This document shows positions 1-14,329 of a stretch of DNA of 64,000 bases, piece by piece. The notes under the pieces are model-generated. The model had not been told where the DNA came from. It saw nothing but the letters and a program-made list of their open reading frames with translations, and searched no databases. This DNA comes from Haliotis cracherodii (taxonomy: Eukaryota): NCBI RefSeq assembly GCF_022045235.1, contig NW_027266265.1, positions 34,100,001-34,164,000 of the forward strand. The letters run 5' to 3'. The first letter of the stretch is position 1. The number at the start of each line of letters is the position of its first letter. Position numbers and translations under genes: made by a program.

Positions 1-1559
1 TTGATCCCGTATTGATTCTTGCATATTAATCGACTTAGTCATTTGATTTGTCATTTGATTATATTCCGAATAAAACTTTCAAATATCAATGTGAACATAT
101 CTATGTGTTCTTTCGTCTATCTTTAGATTTATCTTAAACACATTCAGAATGGAAATTAAAATGTCCATTTGCATTATGAGTTCTCTGAGCTCTGTGTACA
201 TACTGGTCAATGTCTGAGACATGTTAGTAGGGAACGTGTGCGTCGCAACACAAGGTAGCATGGGTGATTCTCAATATGGGTACATGATCTTGCAAATAAT
301 GTGAAGGTCCTGTCTCACTGTGTAAATGAAAACATGTTACTACTCGTAGCACTGACAAACTTAGAAACATAACCGGGGCGAACCCGGATTCAGATCACTG
401 GTTTCTCGCATGACAAATGGATGCATCTCAGAAGACTGGTTATCGGCGCGTACACATGCTGTAGAAAATGTTGGTTCAAACGAGAAGATTCATGTATTAC
501 TGTGATCGAGTTTGCATTGCAGAGAAAGTAAGTATTGGTAGGTATACGAAGGTCTTGGTTGGTGGGGTCGGGTAGGGTGGGGTGGGGTGGGAAAGTGTTG
601 GGTTGGGTTGGTTAGGGTGGGGTTATGACTGAGGGAACTATAAAAGCAAGTCTGTAAGTAAGTTTGGTTTAACAACTTTTATCAGTATTTCGTTTAGCAA
701 TGACAATACCCAAGACAATGATTTATTACACGCATTCTAATTCATTGTACATATGAAAGTGCAAACAGTTTGTATGTATAAAATGACCTGACAAACAAAA
801 AGACTAATATTGTACAGATCGTAGTAATCATTTAAGAGACAAATTCTTGATCGCATAAAAGATCTAAGAACCCTGTTTTTTTAAAACGTGGCAATAAATA
901 TCACCGGTCAGAGGGTAGAAATACATAGTTACTCTTTGTTTATAATGGTCGGGGTCAGCTACAATTTATTAAGACATGCTTTTCGTGTAAATTATCTAAA
1001 CTATCAAATGGCACACCAGCTATTTTATCCGCTGCTAATCTGGTCTAGCGTGATTTGTTTGGAACAGAAAGAGTCCATACCAGCACTGAATGGGACACTT
1101 TCAACAAAACAACGATAAAAAGAGACAATACACTCCCGATAACTCTACGAAATCTTAATTTAGGCATAAAATATAATGTTTGTTGATATTTCTTAAAACG
1201 GCATCTGTGTAGATATGTACCGGCGTGTCCGGTTTGTGTTGTAGAGAATCTTTAGTAATAATAATTGTTTTGGTTAAAAACGCGATCACTGGTATGGTGC
1301 TGACAAGAGTTGAAACATTATCTGGACTTTTCTGGTGTTCGAATCAAGAACAACGAAAGCAAAATATTGTTAGACAATATAAAAACCAGTCAACAAAAGA
1401 CAGCAATATAACTAGATTCATTGATTAGGTACATAACAAGACATTATGAAAATAGGCAAATGATCACCGGCAACCGACGTTAGGCCACAACACAAGGGCC
1501 GATGGTGGGCTTACGATAACCCGGCTAACTACACGGTGCCCCAGCACACCACCAGTTAC

Positions 1560-2215
1560 AAATTAAACACTCCCAATAATATTAACTTAAACTTTCGACA
1601 CAATTACGAATTTATCAAAATGCTCAATTTCGTTTAAGAAACCAATAATTAAATGAGAAATAACTCTATTAAAAAGATCCTTAAGAGATGATGATTTGAA
1701 ATAGTTATCCCTTGTGATAAACACAGTCAAGCAGGAAAGGCTTGACTGTGATTCGCTCATCACAAGAAATACGGAACGGATGATCCTCATCTTAGAACAA
1801 TTATACATGTGAATAACGAGAATAAGCAATGCGACATCGCCGTAACATATCCTCTTTAAATCTGGACTGACAGGAAATGTAACTTATAGTTGGTTTGATT
1901 TGATATAATTTATTTACACCCACTTGGGTGTCCCACTGCTTTTGCAGTAGATCTTTATTGTAACATCTAATTACAGGCTTAATATCATTGTATGGAATCA
2001 GTAGTGGTGGCCTAGTTTTGTTGAGTCCTGCTTTAGCTGCAGCTTGAGCCATTGGGTTACCAGTGATTTCAACATGGCTGTGTAACCAACAAAGATTATG
2101 TCGTATTGGCCAGTAGCAAGTTCATAATGTAATTCCACAATTTCGTTTAAAAGTTGATGTTTATTAATAGCCGTGAGGCACGAAAGAGAATCTGGCGGTT
2201 CAAATGTTTGTTTCT
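1560..2215 (-). mobile_element. 3' fragment of a non-LTR retrotransposon (I/Nimb-like, RNase H to C-terminal region), decayed
   Basis: Frames give NKHQLLNEIVEL..IIF(CW)LHSHVEITGNPMAQAAAK..LLQKQWD..NKLYQIKP..LRRCRIAYSRYSH, typical of the RNase H and C-terminal tail of I-clade LINEs; frameshifted. Confidence 0.75.
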
Positions 2216-5200
2216 GCTGTGAAATTGGAACAGCTATCAGGTAACCTTGATGATAGAGTCCTGATTTCAATGACAGTGGCGGAAATCAACTGTAAATCTA
2301 CATGTACATAATGTTAGCGGGACCGTATACTCGTAGATTTCGAAAGTGGGCATGCAGCCTCTTAAGGACTGTCATATTTGTAAGCACTTTTAGTGCAAAA
2401 GAAATTGAACATTAAAAGTAAAACACAAGTGCTGTCGTGGACGGAGTTGAACCACAGTCAACATCAAGGAGTGGATCTTTCCAGAGTTTTTTAAAAAAAA
2501 TAACTTGTCTTAGAATTATCTGACCTTGTGCACATGCACATGGTAGACTTGGTCGATCGAGAAGTGCGGGATGGGACTGTTTCTAGAAGGAGGCTGGATG
2601 TCCCTTACATGAGAAGTGGGCGATTGGATGCCTTTTCGAGCGGACTTGAGTCATGTTTACATTTACTTGACATATACACGAGAGCTAAACACTGCTCCAC
2701 ACTTCTGTTCATTTTTTGTAGTTTCGATTTTTAATGTAGCTCTTTGTAAAGGTAATGTTTTAATCGTCGTCATAGACAACGGTATAGGGATCTATTCCGA
2801 AACGTCGCCGTTACAGTAATTAAAGAAATTGTTGTCCATAAATTGTATCTACTTTGTCATCCGTCAAATTCTAAGTAATGCCTAACAAACAATTTGAGCG
2901 CAGAATATTTTACAAAGTTTTTTCCCTGCTCCACAAATGTTAAGCTAAAAGAATTAGACCTATCGTCATGCAAACATTTGTAAAGTTTAATTACAGTTAA
3001 TTGGCCTAAATAGGAACCATATATATAGTGATGTCATGAGTTCATTTTCCTTACTATCATATAATGTGTATTAAGTAAATGACTCGGTTTTAGAAAAGGT
3101 GTTGATATATACTTATCTTCATATTATGAAGATGACATGCAATTAATGCTTTGTCATGCCTTTTATGAACTCGAGATTAGATCACTCACTCATATCATCG
3201 GAAGATCGTCTGTGTATGTGTATTTGAATGTGTATTTATTTGTAATTGGGTTTGAGCACAATACGTATTTGTTTTTTAATTTTTTAACACCGCATTTAGC
3301 AATATTTCAGCTATATATTATATACTACCCAGCTGTATATTAGAGTTCCTGTCGGGCCCGTCACATTGATGGAATATTCCTGAGCGTGGAGCTAAACAAC
3401 AAACGTAACAGTTTTTGCAATATGCAGGTCCTCATTTCGTTTCATTGCTTCGATTTTGGACCAGCGAAACAGTGAGAGAGAGAAAATGATTTTAGTAGTG
3501 ATAGCCCTAACTGGCGTACCTAATTATCATAAATGATCGTGATAAGTTTGAATGAAACCATATCGTGGTGACTGTCCGGAATCAGATAAGATATGTCACA
3601 TGTGGCATGTTAATTGCTCCTCATCTTGGATTGTGTAACGTATGAATGGGCTGCTTCCAGTTAACGAAATACCGTCATTCCAGTTTCCTTCAGTTGATCA
3701 GGTATCTGTATGTTTGTGTGATGTATGAAGCATCTCTGTTTGTTACAGAAATATATATGCTCATCGCCAATAGACACGCGAATACCATACAAGTTTGTTT
3801 ACATGTGAAGACTTAATCATATTCAAGAGATATTATATTGGTTAAACGCACAAACGAATGTACTGGTATATTGTGTGTATTGATGCTCATGATACTGCTT
3901 TTTAAGGGTAGCAAATACAACCTGAGATTTCCGTAACGCGTGAATGTCTTTTGCATGGAATCAACCCTGTTTGGCTCACTGGAAATGTGAATTTTTTATG
4001 CTACCGTAGTATTGTAAATATTGACATAAACGTTATCGGATATGTACATGTGACTGATAAATGTCCTTTTTTATTTCTTAAGCTATAAGTTTAGGATATG
4101 ATGAGGTAGATAACTATGGCTAAAAGGAAAAAGAAAAGTCGTGATCAAAAATACTTTCTTTTTCAGTTTGGAGTGAGTGAATTAAAATTCACCCGGGCAA
4201 TATGTTAGCCATAGTGTGACAAGCACACGTTATTCAATAATACTATTTAAAAACCTGTCAGCAATACAATCACATGTCCATATTCAAATATCAGAATAGC
4301 ACTTCATGACAGCCTATCACCACACTCCCTGTTGCTTTAAGGCCATAAAATGCTAAAATGTTAAAAAGGACAATGACTATGTATCATAGATATGAACACA
4401 TCTGATAACTTTCAAAACAATTTTACAATTTCAAATCATTTCATAAATTATGTAGATTTCCTTACTATACCTCGTTATTTAATAATTTCTCCTCTGAAGT
4501 ACTAAAATCAAAGGTAACTCAATGATCATATAATTATATACATTGCCGATTTGGTTTAAAAGTTGAACGTCAGTTTTCGACATAGCTAGGGAAACATCAA
4601 TGTAAAGTTCCTGCAATTTGTGACTGTTGAATGGGTGTTTTATTTTCCTTATTGTAGTGTTGATTTTGTTTAGGTCCGACTGTGGTCGGTGAAATTCCTC
4701 GAATATTCAATCATGAAATCATGAAATATATGTTGCAATGCTAAAGAACATGTTGCTGCAATTTTGTATTGCTTGGATGAGGCACTTTCGCGACGTCAGA
4801 CTGGAATCCAGGAGTAGGAGTGATGAAAACAGGTAGAAAAGTCTATATATGGGGTACCACCTTAACACCATCGCAAACAGGTGGGGGTATCACCAGAGGC
4901 AAAGAGAGCATTACTATTCGCCTTTTATGAGCGCCTCAATAAATTGCTGTCAATAATAACCATCAGAAATTGCAGTTGCAATACCAAATACAAAATACAA
5001 TTTTCACTGTTTCAGAACAATAGCCTTTGGCTTAAATTTTACAAATAGATTCGACATATATATTATACCGAGGCTTCATCAGGGGTATATGAGGATGAGG
5101 GATGTTTATATTGGCAAAATGGTTGTTGACCAAGAGAAAACAATAGTAAGAGTTCAAATTAGGAACGTACATTTACGTAATACACAGACGATATTTGTTA

Positions 5201-6197
5201 ATCCAATCTCAATATGTATATAATTCATTAATGTCTAAAACATCCCCAAAGCATGACTAGAAAGACTTTTGTAGAAAACATGAATTTATTATATATTTTT
5301 TTTAATACTGACTGATTTTGATTGTGTGGATAAAAGTGTGTCTTTTAATTTACAACAACCTCGACGAAGACAATCGTTCAGTTTTGCATAATAATAAGAC
5401 TATACATTAACTGTACAAATATTGACGTGTGTTCATATTACTTTCTAACTGAAATCTCATGATATAGTTGGATTCATAAAATCGCCTCTGTTCTTGGCGG
5501 AGATTGCTTATGAATACAAGGAAGGGTGTTGCGCTTTTATTTTCATAATCATGATGCTATGGATTTTACTACTTAATCTTCTCATAAATGTCAAGGCTGA
5601 CTAGGGTATCTTGATGCCGTTTTAATGCGTGTTGGCATCAAAACGAAAGTGACACCTTACATGTTTCGTCTCTTGGAATGCGTTTTGGTGACTGTGAATT
5701 GAAAATAACAACTGACGACTTTCATTGCTTGGGAGAATTTGAAGTGGATTTTTTCACCTTTCCTTCAAACAAATTTTCTGTCCAATACAACACAAGTGCT
5801 AAAACAGAAATATTTTAAAAATATTAAGTTAATTGTGTCCAAAATAACCTTTTTGTTGGGGCAATAAGCTTTTGATGTATATATGTTGAACTGTTTTACG
5901 ATATAGTTCGTTGAACAAAAGTCAATATTACAATGCAATAATGAGGAACATATCTCATCTTCAATGATTAAGAGAATGAATTTGCTATAAGGCCAGCTAC
6001 ATATAACGCCTTGTCAGCATGATATGGGAGGAAAGTCCGATCATGTCCACTAAGCATGATATATATTCAGTCAGCAGCAACAGCAATATACATTGGGCAA
6101 CAAAAACAAATGTAAAATGTTTCAAATCACTTTTATTGTCAAGCAATTCGTGCATACATATCAAGCTATCGAGGGATGTCAAAGTGTCAGTGTACAT

Positions 6198-7529
6198 CTA
6201 CTGACAAGTCATCTTGTTCATGTATCCAGGCATACAGCGGAGGGATGCACAGCATCTCATGGCACTGATGCCGTTAATCTTGCATTCGCCGTTACGGAGG
6301 CGACACTGTAAAATATAGAAGAATACATTTACACATCCACGTAAAATGTATCATATGCGTACACCAACAATAATATTGCCCTGAGTATCACAAATCATAT
6401 TTCGTGTGATAGGACAGGCATTAGCTGATAGTCAAATAATCATGTTTGAGAATATGAATTGGAAAGCCCATGAAATGATGCTTCTGAAAGAACTATGGTA
6501 ACTGCATTGTACATGTATGATATCAAGCATGTGCTGGTAATGCTCATTTCTTTTGACGTATGTTATGTAGGTGGAAACTACACATATAATAATTTGCATC
6601 CAATCACATGTAAAGAGAGTAATACATGTAGCATATTCCACCAATATTCTGTCCAGACCACTTGTTATCATTCAAAATCCTTGTTTAAAGGGAACATTTG
6701 TACAGTTACATTTACATGGATATAGTTCCGTGCTACATTTCCGAATTTCATGTCTTATCTCATGGCAGAAGTCAATGTCTGGCACGTTTACTTACCCCCA
6801 TACCGCCGCCAATACCGCCACCAATACCGCCGCCAATGTTCCTCTTGCATATTTGAATGTTACCCAGACCAGACTGACACGTCAAGCCATTGCAGCAGGT
6901 GTTACCATTCATCCAATTGCATGTTTGCCCCTCGTTCTGACACTGCATAAACAAAATGAAGTAAGTTATGCATTTGTAGTGTGTAATCCAACAATATGTC
7001 ACATTTGTTGCTACTATTTATAATTCAGCAACACTGTTAAACTATGGACATATAAACAGTGGTAGGATTAACATACTAATAATATTTTTCCTTTTACATT
7101 TCAGAAATAGTATCATTGCTACATTGTGATGCATGCCAATAATCAAATGGGCAAATGACTAAAGTAATGGCATTAATATACAGGGTGACACGATTGTAAA
7201 TAAACATTTGAATATGATTTATAACAGAACAAGGGATAGCTGGATCACGATATTAGACTATCTTATTTATGGACCATGGAGCATAAGACGTGATGTGGTA
7301 TATGACTTTCGGTTCCTTTTGTCTTTTAAAACATGTAGGAAATTTAAAAGAATCAACTGATTGCACAAGCAGATTTTGATCACATATATCCCCACGGAGA
7401 GATAGTATACATATATCATAAATGAAGATTAAATGATGTGACAGCACTTACTCCAAACCCTGCTGCAAAGAGATCTTGACCCAGTACTGATACCACAAAC
7501 AGCAAAGCAAGACTCACTTTGAACATCAT
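6198..7529 (-). CDS. Gene A: secreted double cystine-knot (ICK-like) peptide, 110 aa; coding exons 7529-7452, 6942-6796, 6305-6198
   Basis: Manual splice: MMFKVSLALLFVVSVLGQDLFAAGFG | CQNEGQTCNWMNGNTCCNGLTCQSGLGNIQICKRNIGGGIGGGIGGGMG | CRLRNGECKINGISAMRCCASLRCMPGYMNKMTCQ*. Canonical gtaag donors and yag acceptors, all phase 0; hydrophobic signal peptide; two C-C-CC-C-C motifs; same structure in four other intact paralogs. Confidence 0.9.
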
Positions 7530-8084
7530 TGTAATGATAGGGTACACCTGGAAGCAAACAGAAGGCGATACATTTGAAATCCTAATACTTCTGAACAATG
7601 CTCAGTACTTCATACGTAAAACGTTAGTATGGTGTGAACACAGAGGTACTTGTAGTAATTACACCATTTATGTTAAACGATACTGAAAAGCAATGTGAAG
7701 ATTCACAAAATATTATCCTCATGATGAATAGTAATGCTATATATTGAAACGGGATGTGGTTGTCCCAGTCGCCTTAGACGCCGCACTTGTGCAGAATTGC
7801 TTCTCTTAGCCGTGCAGAGTCGGATTATCGTCGCTTCAAAAATCACAGATTATGACTTGGTTTCAGTGCACCATGCCCGAGCCCTTCTTTTTCATCCAAG
7901 TTGTAAACGTCTGAAGCCTGCACCCCTGCGAGCTTTCCTTCACCATTAGGCTTGCCCGCCGTGAGAAAACTATTTTACTGTACAAAGCGCCGTAAAGTTC
8001 AACTCACTCGTTATGCATACATGTACATACCTGTTCAACTCTGAGATCGAATTGAGAATATACAGTGCCCAACAAGTACATGTA

Positions 8085-8090
8085 TTTATA
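8085..8090 (-). promoter_or_regulatory. TATA box of gene A, followed by a short non-coding first exon (donor at 8030)
   Basis: Minus strand reads gggTATAAAtac...gttgaacag|gtatgt; acceptor ttccag just upstream of the ATG; same layout in A' (23368-23373) and in B/B'. Confidence 0.65.
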
Positions 8091-8523
8091 CCCGTTGATA
8101 GAAAACATTTCCTGAACTGCATATACAGTTATACGCAGAAAATGTGTTGCATCTGATATCACCGATCAGTTGGAACAGTTAATGATCTGACGGCAACATG
8201 TGACGTTACTTTGATCAGCTGTAGATGCTGATATGTTATCAGGATTCACATGGAATGTGTAGCTGACGCTTCACTTTGCTTTGCTCTTTGGTCGAATCTG
8301 ATTGAATATTCACCAAATACATGTTCGTACATTCTTTTCTCATCTTCCGATTATTTTGCAAATGGTCTGTATTATATTTTTTTCAAAGTAATATAGTAAT
8401 ATACGTGTGTTCAAAACATAAAATCGACAAAAGCCATTCCATACGAATTTTCTGCCATATTATGAGTCGTCTAAACGATTCCGACTATGTCATGAGCATG
8501 TGTAAATGAAACGCAATCAAATA

Positions 8524-8697
8524 GTGAGTGAGTGAGTGAGTGAGTATGGTTTTACGCCGCTTTTAGTAATATTCCAGCAATATCAGGGCGGGGATCACCA
8601 GAAATGGGCTTCACACATTGTACTCATGTCGGAAATCGAACCCGGGTCTTCGGCGTGACGAGCGACCGCCTAAACCACTAGGCTACCCGATCGCCCC
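8524..8697 (-). mobile_element. tRNA-derived SINE (family 1), full length
   Basis: A box (tagcctagtggt), B box (ggttcgatt), (ACTC)n tail; TSD aatcaaatagtga; empty site in unit 2 at ~23840. Confidence 0.9.
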
Positions 8698-8719
8698 GAA
8701 TCAAATAGTGATGATACCA

Positions 8720-9985
8720 GGACTGGTGTTGGCGAAAAAGTTAGCCTCTTGTTGACTGAATCAATAGTCCCCAAATTCACGGAAGTATTCTCATCCTGAA
8801 TATTTTGAAGGTTCATCAGATGCCCGTATTTGACATCGATTGACTCTCACCCTCATTCTTAGGGTATCCTTGTCTGTCTGATGTATCTGATGCATCCAAA
8901 ACATTGTATGGCATAGATAAATTTTGGGGAAGTACAATTCATATTTTCACTGAAACAGAACGTTTTTCCGTCTTTGAATGTAAAAGAAATACATTGAACA
9001 ACATGAGGGAAAGTAATTAGGTCTGTTACACTTTTGTACTGTTTACATTATTGTTTTCCTCTTAAGAAAGAAGCCCTAGTAAGAATCCTTTCAAAACGAG
9101 TGCTCTGTCTTTTACCTTTAATAAGTTTATTTATTTGTTTCAGCTCTTTACACTTGTTTAAAGAAAACATTGTCTCCTGAGCATTTCAAAAAATTTCCGG
9201 CTTTGGGTTATTAAAGGTTGTAACAAAAGGGAGAAGACTCCCGTTTGGTATATCTTTCGCTTTAAGAAAATTACAACGGTTTTGTGATTTAGCCTTGTTT
9301 GTGGCATCTTCTACTATTTTTCCAGTGTAATTTTCTCTCTGAAAGGAAATACCTCAGTTCACTGAGTCAAAATCGCGCAGATTCTACGTGCTAATGAGTA
9401 AGGGACATTGCTGTTTGGAATGAGGGGGGTGCAAGGAATTGTAATTGCAGTATTATTTGGAATCGTTTTTTGTAATATACATCTGTGTCCTTATTGTTTG
9501 ATATTGTAACTATTACGTCCAAAAAAGAAATACTTTCATCGTTCATCTCTAAAGTAAAAGTAAAACTTGGATGGAGCGTCTGTAAAATATCTATTAAACA
9601 TTGTAAATCTTCTCCACTCTGATAACACAGAATAAAACAATCATCTAAAAATATTTTTGATTTGTTTTGAAATCACTGTCCAAATGCAAATTCATCAATT
9701 TTCTTTATATTACATGTTGAATTAACATCCAGGGTTGATTTGTGATGGGTATCATTCCAACTTTTAAAAACAATAATTGTGGTCACTGTGGTTGAAGGTC
9801 AGATATATATTTCAAGATCTACAAGAAAAGCTTGCTAAGAAATGTAAGTTCTCCTTGTATGAATCTTATCTCACATAAAAAGCTCTCAACAGATGCATCC
9901 TCTTTTGTTTGAAGCATCCTCAAAATGTATTCTTTTGGAGCTTTAAAATTAAACGGTGCCGGGTTTACTTCTTGTAAACGTACCA
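8720..9985 (-). mobile_element. Decayed Penelope-like retroelement (RT C-terminus plus GIY-YIG endonuclease)
   Basis: Manual translation: KIFLDDCFILCYQSGEDLQCLIDILQTLHPSFTFTLEMNDESISFLDV..DTDVYYKKT (9660-9465) and ENMNCTSPKFIYAIQCFGCIRYIRQT..LRMRV (8950-8840); many stops. Confidence 0.8.
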
Positions 9986-10163
9986 TAACACTAGTACTGC
10001 AGCTATCGTAGAGTTTTCACTACCAAATGCAAGATGTTTTGCATTGATATTGTTCCTCCTTATAAATCCACGTTTTAAACTCACTCACTCACTCTTCTAT
10101 ATTCTTATAGTGGACCAATGAAAACTTTTCGATATGGACGGTCGTGTATGTTTTAACTTTGCT

Positions 10164-10321
10164 GAGGCAGTCGGCTAGCCTCGTGGTTAAAGCGTCACGC
10201 CAGAAGACTCGGGTTCGATTCCCGACATAGGTACATTGTGTGAAACCCATTTCTACTGTCCCCCGCCGTGAAACTGCTGGAATATTGCTACAAGCGGCGT
10301 AAAACCATACTCACTCACTCA
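10164..10321 (+). mobile_element. tRNA-derived SINE (family 1)
   Basis: A/B boxes, ACTC tail, TSD ttttaactttgct; copy at the equivalent site in unit 2 (25280-25452). Confidence 0.85.
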
Positions 10322-10756
10322 TTTTAACTTTGCTAGCTAAAACTGCCAAATGTACTATAGATCATGCTGCTTTGGGGACATAAATGTCCCTGTATAAGCT
10401 AAATATCAACAGAAGAAAACAAATTGTAGTTTTGCAATCCAGTATAAGGCCGCTTATAAAATCTGAAAATATTTCCAACAGGTACATTCTGTGATGTCTT
10501 TTCAAATCGTTATGTATTCGCTCTGTTCCATTTAATTGCCTTGGCTGCCTTCCCCGTTCAGTGTATGACAGGAGTAAATGATCATATGTAAAGATAGCCA
10601 TTTGTGATGAAGATGATTTATCTGTGTAGGTAGGAATCTGATCCTATCGGAGGTTGTGACTGACAGACTGCCATTGGATGCAAGATAACATTTTGCACCA
10701 CCTGCTCTGCTAATTTATCATCCTTATCTTGCTTTGCGTAAGTGTGTAGTCTGTGG

Positions 10757-10764
10757 TATATATA
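10757..10764 (+). promoter_or_regulatory. TATA box of gene B; non-coding exon ends 10814, 5'UTR intron 10815-11118
   Basis: TATATATA, then ...ctgaacag|gtaaca; acceptor cttttcag 15 nt before the ATG; conserved in B' (TATAAA 25880-25885, exon end 25937). Confidence 0.6.
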
Positions 10765-11133
10765 TGTCAGCTAAGTCAAATAGGCATATCATTGCTGTTT
10801 GTCCGGCTGAACAGGTAACATTATATTTATTGTGAACTCGTTTACACAACAGTTTACAGTACTCCACAAAAATGCAAATCCTGTTTCACGGGAGAAGTAA
10901 TTTCCTATATATTTCCCAAGACTTGAGGTAATATGTTGTTTTTCACAAATGTTATAACATAATTAATCTACATGTCTTCAATGTACTTAATCTAGTATGA
11001 TTTCAACTTAGAATGTCTATGAAGGTTTATATATAGATTATGTGCTTGAAAAATAAACCCAATATAATTTGAATGTGTGACATTGCATCACAGATGACTT
11101 CAATGAATTTCTTTTCAGTTTCACTCAATCACA

Positions 11134-12737
11134 ATGATGCTGAAAGTTTGCGTTGGTCTAATTCTCGTAGCATCCGCTCTGATTCAAGATTCGCATGGAT
11201 TTGTAAGTCTCAAATAATTTCACACTGACTGTTTAATCCAGGAACAGATTAACCATTTATTCTTATTAGAATTCAATGTCTGAAACATCACTATCATACG
11301 AAATGTCGAGTAGGCTGGGTTGAAAGCCGCTGTGGAGAATATTGTAGTTATAGTGTATATTACAGCTTGTCTGCTAGTTGTGTGAGGAAAGTACGATTGC
11401 ATATCCAAGAAATATACCATTTCATTGAGAACCTACGTGCACGGGTATGGTGTTGATAAACAAAGAGTCATAATTTTCGGGGCGTATTTGGAATTCGAAC
11501 CCACGATCATAGGCTTTTGGCATGGCTAAGGGAATCAATTCTGGACAGCGATTTGCGGCTCCTTAACACAGGTTATGATTTGGGGCCATAATACAAGAGG
11601 TATTTTATTTTACAGTGCCAGACAGAGGGACAAACCTGCAATGTGATGAATGGTAAAACCTGCTGTAATGGCCTGATGTGTGAGTCTGGCATTGGAAACA
11701 CAAGAATATGCAAGAGAAGCGCCGGCAGTGGTGCTGGGGTAAGGGTATAACAAGAATCTAAAATTTAACCCAACCCGTAAGAAGCAAGTATTGTCTTTTA
11801 GGTGTTGAGAGAAAACCGAAATCCGTATAATGTCCCCAGTCTTACCTGAATTTTCATTGTACCAGTATAGTACATTCCTCCAGACTGTAACTTGAATTAT
11901 ATCTCTTCAGTAAAGGAAATGGAAATGACCAGTTGGCTGGGACATATAATGGTTGGAAATATGTGCAAAGGAACACATTCATTGGGATTTAAAGGAAAAC
12001 ACAACAATCCACGAAATGCGTTAACTTTGATTACAAAACAATTTTATTACAGACAAAGTAGATATGAGATAAGATCACATGTTAAGCAGATTTAAGGAGA
12101 AAGCCTTTAACACTACAAAGCAACTCAAACCATCTCTTCTTCAAATTGTAACCAGGCACAGTTCTTAATGTTTTGGTCATCATTGCATACACAATTAAAG
12201 GATGTAAATGTTCAGCATGTCTGAATTTTATATATGATATATAATGAGAAATGCTATGAAATAATGACTTGGTCCGCTGCACTATGTAATATTGAGGATA
12301 TAAAATGCAAATGGTATCGATATATACTGCTTTAAAATGAACCAGATTTGGTTACATTACTGTTTATATAGGTAGGTACACGATGTAAACAGAAATCGGA
12401 AAAAATAAATAAAATACAAACAACAATGTAAGTAATATTCTTTAAGAAATAAATAATGTGTGAATAATATGAAGAATTAAAACGTTTTCGTTACTTTCGT
12501 TAAATTTTCATTCACAAATCATTGTCTATATTTGATCTTATGTGTATGCATTGTTTTTTGTCAGCATAATGCCAATCATGCCAAATTGATATGATTAGTT
12601 TATAACACATTCATGTTTCTATTTGACAGTGTCGCCTCCGAAATGAAGAATGCAAAATAAATGGTATCGAAGCCATGAAATGCTGTGGTTCACTCCGCTG
12701 TATGCCTGGATACATGAACAAGATGATGTGTCAGTAG
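11134..12737 (+). CDS. Gene B: secreted double cystine-knot peptide, 99 aa; exons 11134-11202, 11616-11738, 12630-12737
   Basis: MMLKVCVGLILVASALIQDSHGF | CQTEGQTCNVMNGKTCCNGLMCESGIGNTRICKRSAGSGAG | CRLRNEECKINGIEAMKCCGSLRCMPGYMNKMMCQ*; canonical phase-0 splice sites. Confidence 0.9.
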
Positions 12738-14329
12738 TTGTCTTCTCATGCTTGATCCCGTATTGATTCTTGCATATTAATCGACTTAGTCATTTGATTT
12801 GTCATTTGATTGTATTCCGAATAAAACTTTCAAATATCAATGTGAACATATCTATGTGTTCTTTCGTCTATCTTTAGATTTATCTTAAACACATTCAGAA
12901 TGGAAATTAAAATGTCCATTTGCATTATGAGTTCTCTGAGCTCTGTGTACATACTGGTCAATGGTTGAGACATGTTAGTAGGGAACGTGTGCGTCGCAAC
13001 ACAAGGTAGCATGGGTGATTCTCAATATGGGTACATGATCTTGCAAATAATGTGAAGGTCCTGTCTCACTGTGTAAATGAAAACATGTTACTACTCGTAG
13101 CACTGACAAACTTAGAAACATAACCGGGGCGAACCCGGATTCAGATCACTGGTTTCTCGCATGACAAATGGATGCATCTCAGAAGACTGGTTATCGGCGC
13201 GTACACATGCTGTAGAAAATGTTGGTTCAAACGAGAAGATTCATGTATTACTGTGATCGAGTTTGCATTGCAGAGAAAGTAAGTATTGGTAGGTATACGA
13301 AGGTCTTGGTTGGTGGGGTCGGGTAGGGTGGGGTGGGTTGGGGTGGGGTGGGGTGGCAAAGGGTTGGGTTGGGTTGGTTAGGGTGGGGTTATGACTGAGG
13401 GAACTATAAAAGCAAGTCTGTAAGTAAGTTTGGTTTAACAACTTTTATCAGTATTTCGTTTAGCAATGACAATACCCAAGACAATGATTTATTACACGCA
13501 TTCTAATTCATAGTACATATGAAAGTGCAAACAGTTTGTATGTATAAAATGACCTGACAAACAAAAAGACTAATATTGTACAGATCGTAGTAATCATTTA
13601 AGAGACAAATTCTTGATCGCATAAAAGATCTAAGAACCCTGTTTTTTTAAAACGTGGCAATAAATATCACCGGTCAGAGGGTAGAAATACATAGTTACTC
13701 TTTGTTTATAATGGTCGGGGTCAGCTACAATTTATTAAGACATGCTTTTCGTGTAAATTATCTAAACTTTCAAATGGCACACCAGCTATTTTATCCGCTG
13801 CTAATCTGGTCTAGCGTGATTTGTTTGGAACAGAAAGAGTCCATACCAGCACTGAATGGGACACTTTCAACAAAACAACGATAAAAAGAGACAATACACT
13901 CTCGATAACTCTACGAAATCTTAATATAGGCATAAAATATAATGTTTGTTGATATTTCTTAAAATGGCATCTGTGTAGATATGTACGGGCGTGTCCGGTT
14001 TGTGTTGTAGAGAATCTTTAGTAATAATAATTGTTTTGGTTAAAAACGCGATCACTGGTATGGTGCTGACAAGAGTTGAAACATTATCTGGACTTTTCTG
14101 GTGTTCGAATCAAGAACAACGAAAGCAACATATTGTTAGACAATATAAAAACCAGTCAACAAAAGACAGCAATATAACTAGATTAATAGATTAGGTACAT
14201 AACAAGACATTATGAAAATAGGCAAATGATCACCAGCAGCCGACGTTAGGCCACAACACAAGGGCCGATGGTGGGCTTAAGATAACCCGGCTAACTACAC
14301 GGTGCCCCAGCACACCAGCCGTCTAAGTT

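Noticed and set aside
6571-7023. 150-aa plus-strand ORF (and 22025-22321)
   Set aside because: Antisense shadow of knottin exon 2.
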